The notes: generated by a model from the letters alone, not told the origin. Shown: positions 30,175-39,913, counted from the first letter of the stretch. The stretch is 64,000 nt of DNA from an uncultured Candidatus Binatia bacterium (GCA_965215605.1 OZ244070.1:1984001-2048000), one strand, 5' to 3'. A program made the numbers and translations.

Positions 30175-30513
30175 CTATGGCTTCGCGGGGCGGGCTTCGT
30201 TGTCGAGCGTGGCAATGCCGGTCAACGTAATCGGAGGACGGTCAGGGAATTCCGCCACAAGGCTTAGCTTGCCACCCATTGCTTCAACGTAGCCGCTGAG
30301 CGTGGATATCAGCAGGTCGCTGCGTTTCTCGATTCGCGACACGTTTTCCTGCTTGATTCCGAGTTCCTTGGCCACGTGCACTTGTGTCTTCTTGCGCGCC
30401 TTACGCAGGGCTTGTAAGGACATTTCCTCTGCGATCAGTATCTTCGCCCGCTCTTCTACTTTCTTCCGGCGTGCCTTCGGCAGCTTCTCAATTCTCTCCG
30501 CGAGGGTCGTCAT
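30175..30513 (-). CDS. XRE/HigA-like antitoxin
   Basis: SLQALRKARKKTQVHVAKELGIKQENVSRIEKRSDLLISTL..YVEAMGG. Confidence 0.9.
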   Translation of the reverse strand: MTTLAERIEKLPKARRKKVEERAKILIAEEMSLQALRKARKKTQVHVAKELGIKQENVSRIEKRSDLLISTLSGYVEAMGGKLSLVAEFPDRPPITLTGIATLDNEARPAKP

Positions 30514-30581
30514 AATATAATCTTTCAATATATGGCTGGGTTTAGAGCCCTATTGTCCCAGTGTTCACTACGCCAGTTTTG

Positions 30582-30954
30582 TCATCGCGACCTCCTTCCC
30601 TGCGCTAACCGGTCCAAATGCGCGTCGAACCTCTCGTCAGCCTTCTTGATCAGCGCCCTATAAAAGCGTCTTGCGTTCACGCCCGACCTGCTTGTCACCC
30701 GCCACGAGGACAATCGCTTGCCGCCGCGGATCAAACGCGAAAGCGACTCGCCAAACTCCGTCATCGGCTTGAAAGCGCAACTCCTTCATGTTGGTGTGGC
30801 GTGATCCCTTCAGAGCGTCCACCTGGGGGCGACCCAGCGTCGGCCCAAACGCTTCCAGACGCCTCGCTTGTGCGAGCAGTTCATCCTGTACGGAGTTGGC
30901 CAAGGAATCGAATTCCGGGTCGAATGCAGGATCGAATTCGACTTTCCAAGCCAT
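30582..30954 (-). pseudogene. RelE/HigB-family toxin, frameshifted
   Basis: GPTLGRPQVDALKGSRHTNMKELRF...VAGDK continues in another frame as SGVNARRFY...ADERF; extra CAGG at 30687-30690. Confidence 0.85.
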
Positions 30955-31012
30955 GTTGAATTATGCCGCAGGAGGCATATGCTGTCAAGGTCATATTATG
31001 GGCCTGTGTCTC

Positions 31013-32128
31013 TCAGTCGAGCCCGTAGAACCGGCGCGGATTGTCGCAGAGGATCTTCTCCACCACCTGCGGGGGGACGTTCTCCTTGCGCCGCATCACC
31101 GCCACCATGCCGTCCTCCCGGGACTGGTCCTGGTGGCCGTAGTCGGATCCCATGATGATGTGGTCCTCGCCGATGTGGGTGAGCAGGTAGGGCAGGTCCT
31201 CGTCGGCTTCCGCGGCGACGTAGAGCCGGTAGTCCCGGAACAGGCCGGGTCCCCAGTCGAGGTTCGCGTCGGCGTCGCCGCCGGCGTTGAGGCGGGCGCC
31301 GCTGGCCCGTTGCAGGTGGTGCAGCACGTAGGGCACCCAGGAGGCGGAGGCCTCGATGAAGCCGAAGCGTAACGCCGGGAAACGCTCCGGGATCTTGTGG
31401 GCCACGAGGTCGCGGAAGGCGAACAGCGGCAGCGAGCGTACATGGGGCAGGTTGTGGCTGAAGTTCCGGTCGAACACCTTGGTGATCTCCGGGGCGCCGG
31501 CGCCGGTATGGATGCAGATGGCCATGTCCAGCCGGTTGGCCGCCTCGTACACGGGGAAGAAGTACGATTCCGCCAGCGAGCGGTCGCCCTCGACGCCGCG
31601 GAAGAACACCCCCACCGCGCCGTGGTCCCGTGCCGTCTCGATCTCCCGCACCGAGGCGTCCATGTCCCTGAGCGGCGGCACCACCACCCAGCGCAGCCGG
31701 TCCCCGGCCGTCTTCCAGGCCTCCGCGAGATAGCGGTTGTAGGCTTGGCAGATGGCCACCTCGAGGGCTACGTCCACCTCCAGGTAGCCCAGCAGCAGGG
31801 TAGGGTACACCACCTCCGCATCCACCCCGCGCTTGTCCATGTCCCGCACCCGCTCCACCGGATCGGTGACATACCGCACCGCCGCCGCGATGTCCGTCCG
31901 GGCATTCTCTCTGTCCGAGCCGCCCACCGCCACCAGCGCACTCCCTTTGCCGAAGCGCTTCGGCACCGCCGTGCCGTCGATGAGCCAGACTTGGTTGTTC
32001 TCTCCGTAGACGCTGTTCTCGGTGGTGGACGCCAGCACCGGCCGCCGCTGGTACAGCTCCGGATCGAACAGCTCCCACATCTCCGGATGCTCGATAATGT
32101 GCGTGTCCGCATCGACGACGCCTGGCAT
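31013..32128 (-). CDS. Amidohydrolase_2-family protein
   Basis: VDADTH, CIHTG, FGFIEA, MGSDYGH. Confidence 0.9.
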   Translation of the reverse strand: MPGVVDADTHIIEHPEMWELFDPELYQRRPVLASTTENSVYGENNQVWLIDGTAVPKRFGKGSALVAVGGSDRENARTDIAAAVRYVTDPVERVRDMDKRGVDAEVVYPTLLLGYLEVDVALEVAICQAYNRYLAEAWKTAGDRLRWVVVPPLRDMDASVREIETARDHGAVGVFFRGVEGDRSLAESYFFPVYEAANRLDMAICIHTGAGAPEITKVFDRNFSHNLPHVRSLPLFAFRDLVAHKIPERFPALRFGFIEASASWVPYVLHHLQRASGARLNAGGDADANLDWGPGLFRDYRLYVAAEADEDLPYLLTHIGEDHIIMGSDYGHQDQSREDGMVAVMRRKENVPPQVVEKILCDNPRRFYGLD

Positions 32129-32181
32129 GGTGACCTCCTTCGGGTGGGTGTTGATTTGCTGTGTGATGGGGATGACCCGTA

Positions 32182-32412
32182 TCAGATGGGTTGCGAGGCG
32201 GTAAGCTTTTCGAGGATTTGCGTCCGCACATTCTTGCCGCCTACCGACCTTTCTGCCAGCACGACGACGCCGCTGCCGTTGCTCTTGCGTTGCCACAACT
32301 CGCCGACGGTGCGTTTCTCCGCGGTGTCGGGGCCTTCGGCGATGTGGGCGCCCTTGTACTCGACCACCAAAAGGCGGTCGTCATTCATGCGGGCGACGAA
32401 GTCGGGGTAGAA
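32182..32412 (-). pseudogene. 3' remnant of a type III restriction (Res) endonuclease
   Basis: FYPDFVA...LLVVEYKG PD-(D/E)xK motif, AEKRTVGELW; cut at the IS end. Confidence 0.75.
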
Positions 32413-32475
32413 TGAGGTGGTCCTGGTTTGTAGGACAGGAAGGCGGCGGAGATAAGGTGTATTCCAGACGTTCGA

Positions 32476-33399
32476 TCATGCCGCCAAGGTCCCGTTTATC
32501 ACGTCTTCGTGTTCCGATGGAACTGACAGAGGGGCGGGCGGGGTGTGAGGTCCGGCCTGCCTCTTGAGTCCTCGTTCGTAGGCCTCGGCCGGGGTGGAGC
32601 CGGCGAGGGCGGAATGAGGCCTTTGGGTGTTGTAGAAGTGGAGCCAGTTGGCGATGGTCCTTTGGGCGGCGAAGCCGTCCGAGAGCTCGTGCAGGTAGAC
32701 GGCCTCGTACTTGAGGGAGCGCCACAGGCGCTCGATGAAGATGTTGTCCATGCACCGGCCCCTGCCGTCCATGGAGATGGCGACGCCGGCGTCCTTGAGC
32801 ACGGAGGTGAACTCCAGGCTGGTGAACTGGCTGCCCTGGTCGGTGTTGAAGATCTCGGGAGGGCCGTAGCGTTCCAGAGCCTCTGAGAGGGCCTCGACAC
32901 AGAAGCGGGCATCGAGGGTGTTCGACAGCCTCCAGGAGAGCACCCGGCGGGTGGCCCAGTCCATCACCGCCACCAGGTACAGGAAGCCCTTCTGGACAGG
33001 GATATAGGTGATGTCGGAGGTCCACGCGTGATTGGGCCGTTCGATGGCGACCCCCTTGAGCCGATAGGGGTAGACCCGGTGCTCGGGGTGCGGTCGGGTG
33101 GTCCGCGGCGCCTGGTAGATGGCCTGGAGACCCATCAGGCGCATCAGACGCCGCACCCGGTGACGACCCACTCGGACTCGCTCCCGCCACAGATGGCGGA
33201 CCATCTGGCGGCTGCCGTAGAAGGGGTACTCCAGAAACAACTCATCGATCCGGCGCATCAGCGCCAGATTCTCCGCGCTCTCGCCCTTGGGCCTGTGGTA
33301 CACGGAGGATCGACTCACTCGAAGCAGATGGCATTGACGGCTCAAGCTGAGCTTGGGATGGCCGGGCTCGATCATCCCCCGGCGCTTCTCCCGGCTCAC
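32476..33399 (-). CDS. IS3 transposase OrfB (DDE)
   Basis: YGSRQM, WTSDITY, NTDQGSQFTS, DNIFIERLWRSLKYE; T-TTT-TTG slippery site at 33417-33423 and GTGA overlap with orfA. Confidence 0.92.
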   Translation of the reverse strand: MSREKRRGMIEPGHPKLSLSRQCHLLRVSRSSVYHRPKGESAENLALMRRIDELFLEYPFYGSRQMVRHLWRERVRVGRHRVRRLMRLMGLQAIYQAPRTTRPHPEHRVYPYRLKGVAIERPNHAWTSDITYIPVQKGFLYLVAVMDWATRRVLSWRLSNTLDARFCVEALSEALERYGPPEIFNTDQGSQFTSLEFTSVLKDAGVAISMDGRGRCMDNIFIERLWRSLKYEAVYLHELSDGFAAQRTIANWLHFYNTQRPHSALAGSTPAEAYERGLKRQAGPHTPPAPLSVPSEHEDVINGTLAA

Positions 33400-33677
33400 C
33401 ACTTGAGCCCTTTGGCCAAAAAATCCCGCTCCACCGTCAACTCCCCGATCTTCGCGTGCAGGTCCCGAATCTCCCCCTCGTGGTCGCCCCTCGTCCGCTC
33501 CGCACCCTTCGTGAAAACCTCCTTCATCCCCTCCACCGCACGCTGCTTCCACGTGCTCACCTGGTTCGGATGAACCTTGTGCCGCACAGCGATCTCCTGG
33601 ATCGTCTTGTCCCCCCGCAGCGCCTCCAGCGCCACCTTCGCCTTGAACTCTCCGCTGAACCTTCGTCGTGTGCTCAT
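33396..33677 (-). CDS. IS3 transposase OrfA
   Basis: RRRFSGEFKAKVALEAL...HPNQVSTWK HTH. Confidence 0.92.
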   Translation of the reverse strand: MSTRRRFSGEFKAKVALEALRGDKTIQEIAVRHKVHPNQVSTWKQRAVEGMKEVFTKGAERTRGDHEGEIRDLHAKIGELTVERDFLAKGLKW

Positions 33678-33744
33678 TGCGTATCCCTCCCTAAGTCGGT
33701 GGAATACACCTTAGCAACCTGTCCGATTTTCCAGGACCACCTCA

Positions 33745-34051
33745 GCGGAGCGTCAATGCCTTGCGCGCGCGACCAACGCTCGGCCAATTTTTTCAGTTCC
33801 GGAAGTTGGACAGGCCAGTCGTGCAAGGTGGCGGGGTCGAAGTCGGCGCCGTTCGGCCAGATCAGGGTATGGACTTCCGGATCGATTCGGACTTGTTCGA
33901 AAAGGGACGGATCACGAAGGGGACCGAACAGTTCGCCCTCCAATACGTCCTGGAAGTCTATGACCTGTTCCGTCTCATCGTCGAAACGAATGCGAAGCGT
34001 GTACGGTGCTTCAACTTCAAAGGAAATCACACGATAGATGGGGTGACTCAT
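33745..34051 (-). CDS. DUF2442-family protein; 3' end abuts the IS
   Basis: YTLRIRFDD...GELFGPLRD..LF..V...TLIWPNGADFDPATL. Confidence 0.8.
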
Positions 34052-34062
34052 CGGCGCCTCCC

Positions 34063-34176
34063 TCATTGAAGAGGATCTATCTTAAAGGGCATCCGCCCTG
34101 ATTGAAGTCGTCGCCAGTCGGTCAGTAATTCTTCGTGATGCAATTCCACCCAAGCCTCGACCAAACGCTGCTGTCG
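34063..34176 (-). pseudogene. 3' remnant of a DUF4160-family gene
   Basis: RQQRLVEAWVELHHEELLTDWRRLQSGRMPFKIDPLQ*; usual upstream partner of DUF2442. Confidence 0.75.
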
Positions 34177-34245
34177 CTACATTTCCGGATGTTCGATAAT
34201 GTGCGTGTCCGCGTCCACGACTCCCGGCATGAGTTTCTCCTTCGG
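34177..34245 (-). pseudogene. Orphan 5' end (RBS plus 17 codons) of the amidohydrolase at 31013..32128
   Basis: Same peptide MPGVVDADTHIIEHPEM with only synonymous differences, then TAG. Confidence 0.85.
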
Positions 34246-34253
34246 GCGATTAG

Positions 34254-34276
34254 TTGACTCATACTATATGAGTTAA
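34254..34276 (+). promoter_or_regulatory. Palindromic operator of the vapBC-like pair
   Basis: TTGACTCATA-cta-TATGAGTTAA near-perfect inverted repeat just before the antitoxin. Confidence 0.7.
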
Positions 34277-34283
34277 ATATACT

Positions 34284-34535
34284 GTGCCAATGACTAAGCG
34301 GCTACAGGTCCTTTTCGATGAGGAAGAATATCGAGAGTTGCGGGAGTGTGCCCGTAGCCAGAGGATGACTGTAGCCGAATGGGTTCGGCAGGCGCTGCGC
34401 AAGGCGCGAAGCGACGATCCTGGAAGCATCGACACCAAGCTTCGCGCCATCGCGGATGCGTCGCGGCATGAGTTTCCGACCGCAGACATTGACGTGATGC
34501 TGCAGGAGATTGAATCCGGGCGACGAATCACGTGA
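34284..34535 (+). CDS. RHH/CopG-type antitoxin
   Basis: [12 protein letters not shown]...[11 protein letters not shown]; overlaps the PIN gene start. Confidence 0.82.
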   Translation: MPMTKRLQVLFDEEEYRELRECARSQRMTVAEWVRQALRKARSDDPGSIDTKLRAIADASRHEFPTADIDVMLQEIESGRRIT

Positions 34536-34927
34536 TCTTCATTGACTCCAACGTGCCGATGTACGTGGTGGGTGCTCCACATCCCAACAAAGACCGTGTT
34601 CTCGCGTTGCTGGCCCAGTTCGCCGGGGACAGGGAACGGCTCGTCACTGACGTGGAAGTCTACCAGGAGATACTTCATCGGTACACGGCGATCCGACGGC
34701 TCGACGCCATCGACGTGGCATTCCGAAGCCTGGATGCGATCACCGATGAGATCCTGCCCTTCGGAATCTCCGAGGTTCGTGCTGCCAAGGGGCTCCTCGA
34801 TACCGTGGAGGGGCTTTCTGCTCGTGATGCACTTCACGTGGCCGTGATGCGTCGAGCCGGGATTCATCGGATCCTGAGTTTCGATCGAGGCTTCGACAAC
34901 TGCCCGGGTGTCGAGCGTTTGAGGTAG
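34532..34927 (+). CDS. vapC: VapC PIN-domain toxin
   Basis: [32 protein letters not shown]. Confidence 0.9.
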   Translation: MIFIDSNVPMYVVGAPHPNKDRVLALLAQFAGDRERLVTDVEVYQEILHRYTAIRRLDAIDVAFRSLDAITDEILPFGISEVRAAKGLLDTVEGLSARDALHVAVMRRAGIHRILSFDRGFDNCPGVERLR

Positions 34928-35010
34928 GCCAATTCCGGTTGACGGGCTCGCTTCAACCCGGATAATCTCGGACCGTATCTCACAGCTATCCACGGAAGGA
35001 GAGCGATCCA

Positions 35011-36087
35011 ATGGGATGGGTAGACGCTGACGCGCATGTCGTCGAGAGTCCGCGTACTTGGGACTATCTCACGCCCTCGGAACAGAAGTACCGGCCGGCT
35101 CTGTTCGACCCGAACGACGGGACGCAGCGGCAGAACTGGGTCATCGACGGGAAGATCCGGGGGCTGTTCCGGTTCGCGTTCACCGAGGAGGCGCTGGTGG
35201 AGCGCTCGCAGAGGGTCGGCAGGCAGATGACCACCTCCATGGAGACCCGCGACGTGGCCAACGTGGGGGCGCGCCTGGCCCACATGGACGAGCTGGGCAT
35301 CGACGTGCAGATCCTCTACACCAGCATCTTCCTGGACCAGTGCACCGAGCGGCCGGAAGTGGACGTGGCCCTTTGCGGCGCCTACAATCGCTGGCTGGCG
35401 GATATCTGGAAGGAAGGCAAGGGGCGGCTGCGCTGGATGTGCGTGCTGCCGTTTCTCAGCATGCCGGACGCCATGGACCAGTTGCGCTTCGCCAAGGAGA
35501 ACGGCGCCTGCGGCGTCTTCATGCGGCCGATGGAGGGTCCCCGAAGCGTGGACGACCCGTACTTCTTCCCGTTCTACGAGGAGGCTTCGAAGCTGGACCT
35601 GTGCATCGGGCTGCACCAGTCCAACGGCAACGCCAACCTGGTGGACATGCTGGCCAACCCCGACGGCACCCGCGACTTCTTCAACCAGTACCGTATCTTC
35701 AACGTCGGCGCCTTCTTCCGGCTGGTGAGCTCCGGCGTGCCCAAGACCTTTCCCAGGCTGCGGTTCGGGTTCATCGAGACCGCGGCATCGTGGATACCCT
35801 GGGTGGTCTACGAGTTGCGCCGGCGGCTGGATACGGTGGACAACAAGCTGCCGGAGGACCTGCTGGACGAGTACAACCTGTACGTGACCTGCCAGATCGG
35901 CGACGACGTGCCGTACCTGCTGCAACAGGCCGGCGACGGCGCGTTGATGATCGGCACCGACTACGGCCACGCCGATTCCTCCACGGAACTGGAGGCCCTC
36001 ACTTCGCTCAAGGAGGGCGGCGGCATCAGCAATGAGATGCACACCAGGATCGTGGACGACAACCCGCGGCAGTTCTACGGGCTGTAA
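35011..36087 (+). CDS. Amidohydrolase_2-family protein
   Basis: VDADAH, GLH, FGFIE, GTDYGH; TTGACG-16-GATAAT upstream. Confidence 0.9.
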   Translation: MGWVDADAHVVESPRTWDYLTPSEQKYRPALFDPNDGTQRQNWVIDGKIRGLFRFAFTEEALVERSQRVGRQMTTSMETRDVANVGARLAHMDELGIDVQILYTSIFLDQCTERPEVDVALCGAYNRWLADIWKEGKGRLRWMCVLPFLSMPDAMDQLRFAKENGACGVFMRPMEGPRSVDDPYFFPFYEEASKLDLCIGLHQSNGNANLVDMLANPDGTRDFFNQYRIFNVGAFFRLVSSGVPKTFPRLRFGFIETAASWIPWVVYELRRRLDTVDNKLPEDLLDEYNLYVTCQIGDDVPYLLQQAGDGALMIGTDYGHADSSTELEALTSLKEGGGISNEMHTRIVDDNPRQFYGL

Positions 36088-36102
36088 ATGCGATGTGGGC
36101 GC

Positions 36103-36137
36103 GGGCGGGTTTGAAACGTTCGAAACCCGCCCCTACA
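36103..36137. repeat. GTAG-type REP-like palindrome, family B
   Basis: gggcgggttt...aaacccgcccctaca; related copies at 50553 and 55524. Confidence 0.75.
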
Positions 36138-36168
36138 GAGGACAGCGGACGGCAAGGGAGAGCATGGA

Positions 36169-37206
36169 ATGATCGGATATCCTGTCATCGACGCGGACGG
36201 CCACCTGACGGAGCCCATGACCGCTTACCGGGAGCGGATTCCGGAGCCCTACAGCTCGGCCCGGGAGCTGTTCCCCCAGGACGGCTGGGATCGGGACCTG
36301 GGGCGCATGGGGCACCGGGTGGCGGAACCCGAGCGGGAGCTGGCGGACATCGACGCCGAGGGCATCGACAGCGCGGTGCTGTTTCCTACGGCCGGGCTGA
36401 GCATCGGCAACGTGCGCGATCCGGCCCGGGCCCGGGTTCTGGCCACGGCCTACAACGGTTGGCTGCATGAGTTCTGCAGCGCGTCGCCGGAGCGCATCAA
36501 GGGCGTGGGCATCGTCGGGCTGCAGGAGGTCGAGAGCGCGGTGGACGAGCTGGAGCGGCTGGTGGAGCTGGGCATGGTGGCGGTGCAGGTGCCCACCTAC
36601 GTGGCTTGGCGCAAGCTCTCGGACCGGGAGCTGGATCCGTTCTACGCCGCGGTGGAGCGGTTGGGCGTGCCCGTTGCGGTCCACAGCCAGCCGCGGGACG
36701 CGGCCGGCACCGACCGGTTCGACAAGTTCCTGGCCATCCACGCCGTGACCCATCCGTTCGAGCAGATGATCGCCATGACCCAGCTCATCTTCGGCGGCGT
36801 GCTGGAGCGCTATCCCAGGCTGAAGGTCGGGTTCCTGGAGTCCGGCGCCGGCTGGGTGCCTTACTGGATGGACCGGCTGGACGAGGAGTGGGAGAAGCGG
36901 GGCGACGTGGAGGCGCCGCTATGCACGCGGCCGCCCAGCGAGTACGTGCGCCGCGGCCGCTGCTACTTCGGCGTGGAGTGCGAGGAGCTCACCATCCCCG
37001 ACGCCATCCGCCACATCGGCGACCGCTGCCTGCTGTACTCGTCGGACAACCCCCACTGGGACACGGACTGGCCCCATTCGGTGGAGAAGCTGCGCAAGCG
37101 CGACGACCTCACCGAGGAGAACAAGCACCGCATCCTGTGCCGGAATGCCGCCGATTTCTATGGCATGTCGGTAAGCGAGATCGCCGCCGTGCCGGCGCAA
37201 GCGTAG
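36169..37206 (+). CDS. Amidohydrolase_2-family protein
   Basis: IDADGH, AVH, GFLESGAGW, SSDNPHWD. Confidence 0.9.
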   Translation: MIGYPVIDADGHLTEPMTAYRERIPEPYSSARELFPQDGWDRDLGRMGHRVAEPERELADIDAEGIDSAVLFPTAGLSIGNVRDPARARVLATAYNGWLHEFCSASPERIKGVGIVGLQEVESAVDELERLVELGMVAVQVPTYVAWRKLSDRELDPFYAAVERLGVPVAVHSQPRDAAGTDRFDKFLAIHAVTHPFEQMIAMTQLIFGGVLERYPRLKVGFLESGAGWVPYWMDRLDEEWEKRGDVEAPLCTRPPSEYVRRGRCYFGVECEELTIPDAIRHIGDRCLLYSSDNPHWDTDWPHSVEKLRKRDDLTEENKHRILCRNAADFYGMSVSEIAAVPAQA

Positions 37207-37223
37207 TTTCAGGGAAGTATCAA

Positions 37224-37267
37224 GGGGTCAGCCCCGCGTGTCCCGTTCGGGCGCGAAGGCTGACCCC
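37224..37267. terminator. GC-rich hairpin between convergent genes
   Basis: GGGGTCAGCC...GGCTGACCCC perfect 10-bp inverted repeat with an inner stem. Confidence 0.5.
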
Positions 37268-37295
37268 GAGAAAACCACTCCGTCGGTGGACCGCT

Positions 37296-37616
37296 CTACA
37301 GCGTTCCCGAGCTCTTGACCGGAGGCATGTGCATCTCCGGTCCTTCCTCCTCGTCGACCCACCCCCCCTGTTCGGCCTCGTTCAGCACGTTGAGGATGGT
37401 ATCCACGAGCTTCCGGGCCGAATCGACGCTGAGTTCCACGGCCACACGCGCGCCCGGGCCCTCGGCCTCGTTGACGAAGTCGATGTTGAGGGAGTGCTCA
37501 CGGAAGACGTGGTACGGATGGTCATAGGCCACGTTGGCCTGGTTGACCTTGAACCAGTCTTCGGAGTTCTTGCCGCTGCCCTCCATCACGACTTTCTTGG
37601 CGATCATGGTGCACAT
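37296..37616 (-). CDS. Conserved hypothetical protein (DUF6295-like)
   Basis: MCTMI...GSGK...YDHPYH...EHSLNIDF...RVAVEL; family recognised from memory. Confidence 0.7.
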   Translation of the reverse strand: MCTMIAKKVVMEGSGKNSEDWFKVNQANVAYDHPYHVFREHSLNIDFVNEAEGPGARVAVELSVDSARKLVDTILNVLNEAEQGGWVDEEEGPEMHMPPVKSSGTL

Positions 37617-37643
37617 GGTCGTCTCCTTTCGCGGCCCAGTGTC

Positions 37644-38402
37644 TTAGCCGAGCTGTGTCTCGAAGAACCCGAGGAGTTTCTTCCAACCGTCCACCGCCTG
37701 CTCCTGACGGTAGTTGGGGCGGTCGTAGTAGAAGAAGCCGTGGCCGGCGCCGTCGTAGCGATGGAACTCGTAGTTCTTGCCGTGCTTCTTGAGCTCGGCC
37801 TCGTGCTGGTCCACCTGTTCCGGCGACGGGCTCTTGTCGTCGTTGCCGAAGATCCCCAGGATCGGGCAGGAGAGGTCGGCGGTATAGTCGATGGGTGCGA
37901 CGGGCTGCTTTGCGTTCAGGTCGTCCCCGCTCGCCACCACGCGGCCGCCCCAGCACTCCACCACCGCGTCGAAGCCCTGGGAGCGGCAGGCGGTGAGAAA
38001 GGCGTGGCGTCCACCCGAGCAGGTCCCCCAGATGCCGACCTTGCCGTTGTGGTAGGGCATGGAGCGCAGATACTGCATGGCGCCCGCCAGGTCGCCAACC
38101 ACTTGGTCGTCGGCCACGCCGCCGTCGGCCCGGATCTTGGCGGCCACGTCCTCCGGCGTACCGGGGCCGGCCCGGTGATAGAGGTCGGGCGAGATGGTGG
38201 CGAAACCGTGGTGCGCGAGCCTGCGCGTCGCCTCGCGGTACCACTCGTCCCAGCCGGGCAGATGGTGGATCGCCACCACGCCCGGGAACGGGCCCGCGCC
38301 CAGCGGACGCGCGTAGTAGGCGTTGATGGTGTCGCCGTTGTGGCCCTGGATGGTGATGGTCTCGGCCAGCATGCCTTCGTATTGGTCGGTCGTGTACATC
38401 AT
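37644..38402 (-). CDS. Dienelactone hydrolase family protein
   Basis: GTCSGG nucleophile elbow, FGNDD, YDGAGHGF. Confidence 0.88.
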   Translation of the reverse strand: MMYTTDQYEGMLAETITIQGHNGDTINAYYARPLGAGPFPGVVAIHHLPGWDEWYREATRRLAHHGFATISPDLYHRAGPGTPEDVAAKIRADGGVADDQVVGDLAGAMQYLRSMPYHNGKVGIWGTCSGGRHAFLTACRSQGFDAVVECWGGRVVASGDDLNAKQPVAPIDYTADLSCPILGIFGNDDKSPSPEQVDQHEAELKKHGKNYEFHRYDGAGHGFFYYDRPNYRQEQAVDGWKKLLGFFETQLG

Positions 38403-38667
38403 TTCCTCCTTGAGATTTTCTTCTTGCGGATCCGACTTCGTCACGCCGCGACGACCTGCCGGGCGTTCCCATTCGCTGACAGAACTAATAACAAGGCGCG
38501 GTGGAATTCAACCCCGGCTGTCTTGACGGGGCGGCGGCGCCTTCAGTAGGATGGACAGGAAGGCGTGACGAAGTGTAGGGGCGGGTGCCGGACCCGTCCG
38601 TGCCCGCAATCCGTGGCAGAACACGGAAAGACAACCCCATTGACACACCGCTAGCGCGAAGGAGGAC

Positions 38668-39786
38668 TTGCTCATGTACGTCTGTCTATCCCCTGGAGGC
38701 CAGTTGTTGACCCAAGGCGAAGCCGCCCGCGAAAAGTTGCTGGTGGGCACCGTCGACGGTGTGTTCTCGTTCCACCGGGCCGACGGCTCGTGGCAGCAGG
38801 ACAACGTGCACCTGCCCGGAAAGCACGCGAGTTCCGTCATCTTCGAACCGACCACGGAGACGCTGTTCGTCGGCACCTACGGCTGCGAGATCTATGCCAG
38901 CGCCGATCAGGGAAGCACCTGGGAGAAGCGGGACAGCGGCATCGGCGACAAGGAGATCTACTCGCTGGGGACGCAGTTGGTGGACGGCAAGCCCAGGGTC
39001 TACGCCGGCACGCAACCTGCGCATCTGTACTACAGCGACGACCTCGGCAAGAGTTGGACCGACCTGCCGGGTCTGCGCCAGGTGCCGGGCGTCGAGAAGT
39101 GGACTTTTCCGGGACCGCCGCATCAGGCCCACGCCAAGAGCATCACGTTCCATCCCACCGACCCCGACATCATCCACGTGGCGGTGGAGGTGGGCGGCTT
39201 CCTGCGCACCACCGACGGCGGCCAGACCTGGAGCGCCATCCCCAACATCAATCCCGATGCGCACCGGGTGTTCATTCCGTCCAACGATCCGGACAAGCTC
39301 TACGGCACGGCGCCCACCACCAACTGCGGGCCGGAGGTGACGGCGGGTTTCTGCGTGAGCGGCGACGGCGGCGCCACCTGGAAGAGCATGACGCCGCGGG
39401 ACTTCCGCATCGGCTACGTGGACCCGTTCTTCGTCCACCCCCAAGATCCCAAGCTGCTGTTCGTGGCCGGCGCCAAGACCGGCCCCGGCACCTGGCGCAA
39501 GCTCCACACCGCGGACGCCCGGGTGGCGCGCAGCCGTGACGGCGGCGAGACCTGGGACATCCTGGGCGAGGGACTGCCCGAGCACATCCGCGCCAACATC
39601 GAGGGCATGTGCATGGACGCGTGGAACGGCGGCTATGCGATCTTCGCCGGCACAACCGACGGCGACATCTTCTACAGCGACGACGAAGGCGAGCACTGGA
39701 CCACCATCGCCAAGGGCATCGGCCCGGTGTCCAAGTCCCATCACCACATCAACCTCTCCCTGGAGGGCGAGGCCGCGCACCACTAG
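38668..39786 (+). CDS. BNR/Asp-box beta-propeller (sialidase-like fold) protein
   Basis: Repeated S-x-D-x-G-x-T-W Asp boxes. Confidence 0.85.
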   Translation: MLMYVCLSPGGQLLTQGEAAREKLLVGTVDGVFSFHRADGSWQQDNVHLPGKHASSVIFEPTTETLFVGTYGCEIYASADQGSTWEKRDSGIGDKEIYSLGTQLVDGKPRVYAGTQPAHLYYSDDLGKSWTDLPGLRQVPGVEKWTFPGPPHQAHAKSITFHPTDPDIIHVAVEVGGFLRTTDGGQTWSAIPNINPDAHRVFIPSNDPDKLYGTAPTTNCGPEVTAGFCVSGDGGATWKSMTPRDFRIGYVDPFFVHPQDPKLLFVAGAKTGPGTWRKLHTADARVARSRDGGETWDILGEGLPEHIRANIEGMCMDAWNGGYAIFAGTTDGDIFYSDDEGEHWTTIAKGIGPVSKSHHHINLSLEGEAAHH

Positions 39787-39829
39787 CGCGGGTCCCGCGT
39801 GAACCCGCGAGGAAATCGACAAGGCTTCC

Positions 39830-39857
39830 CGTAGCCGGCAACAGCGCCGGCTACGGG
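39830..39857. terminator. Hairpin after the BNR gene
   Basis: cgtagccggc-aacagc-gccggctacg inverted repeat. Confidence 0.45.
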
Positions 39858-39913
39858 GAGTTGTCGATGTCGCGGCTCGCAGCAACGGGCACCATGCCGG
39901 CGGGGCTCCGCCC

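Larger units (their letters stand above)
32413..33744 (-). mobile_element. IS3-family insertion sequence
   Basis: Terminal IRs TGAGGTGGTCCTGGtttgtaGGACA and TGAGGTGGTCCTGGaaaatcGGACA; orfA plus orfB; no target duplication. Confidence 0.93.

Noticed and set aside
34177-34179. In-frame TAG between the amidohydrolase head and DUF4160 tail as pyrrolysine or read-through
   Set aside because: It joins unrelated fragments, there are no pyl genes here, and a recombination junction explains it
22900-35000. Integron cassette array explaining the TA modules
   Set aside because: No intI, no recognisable attC sites, and mixed orientations interleaved with housekeeping genes
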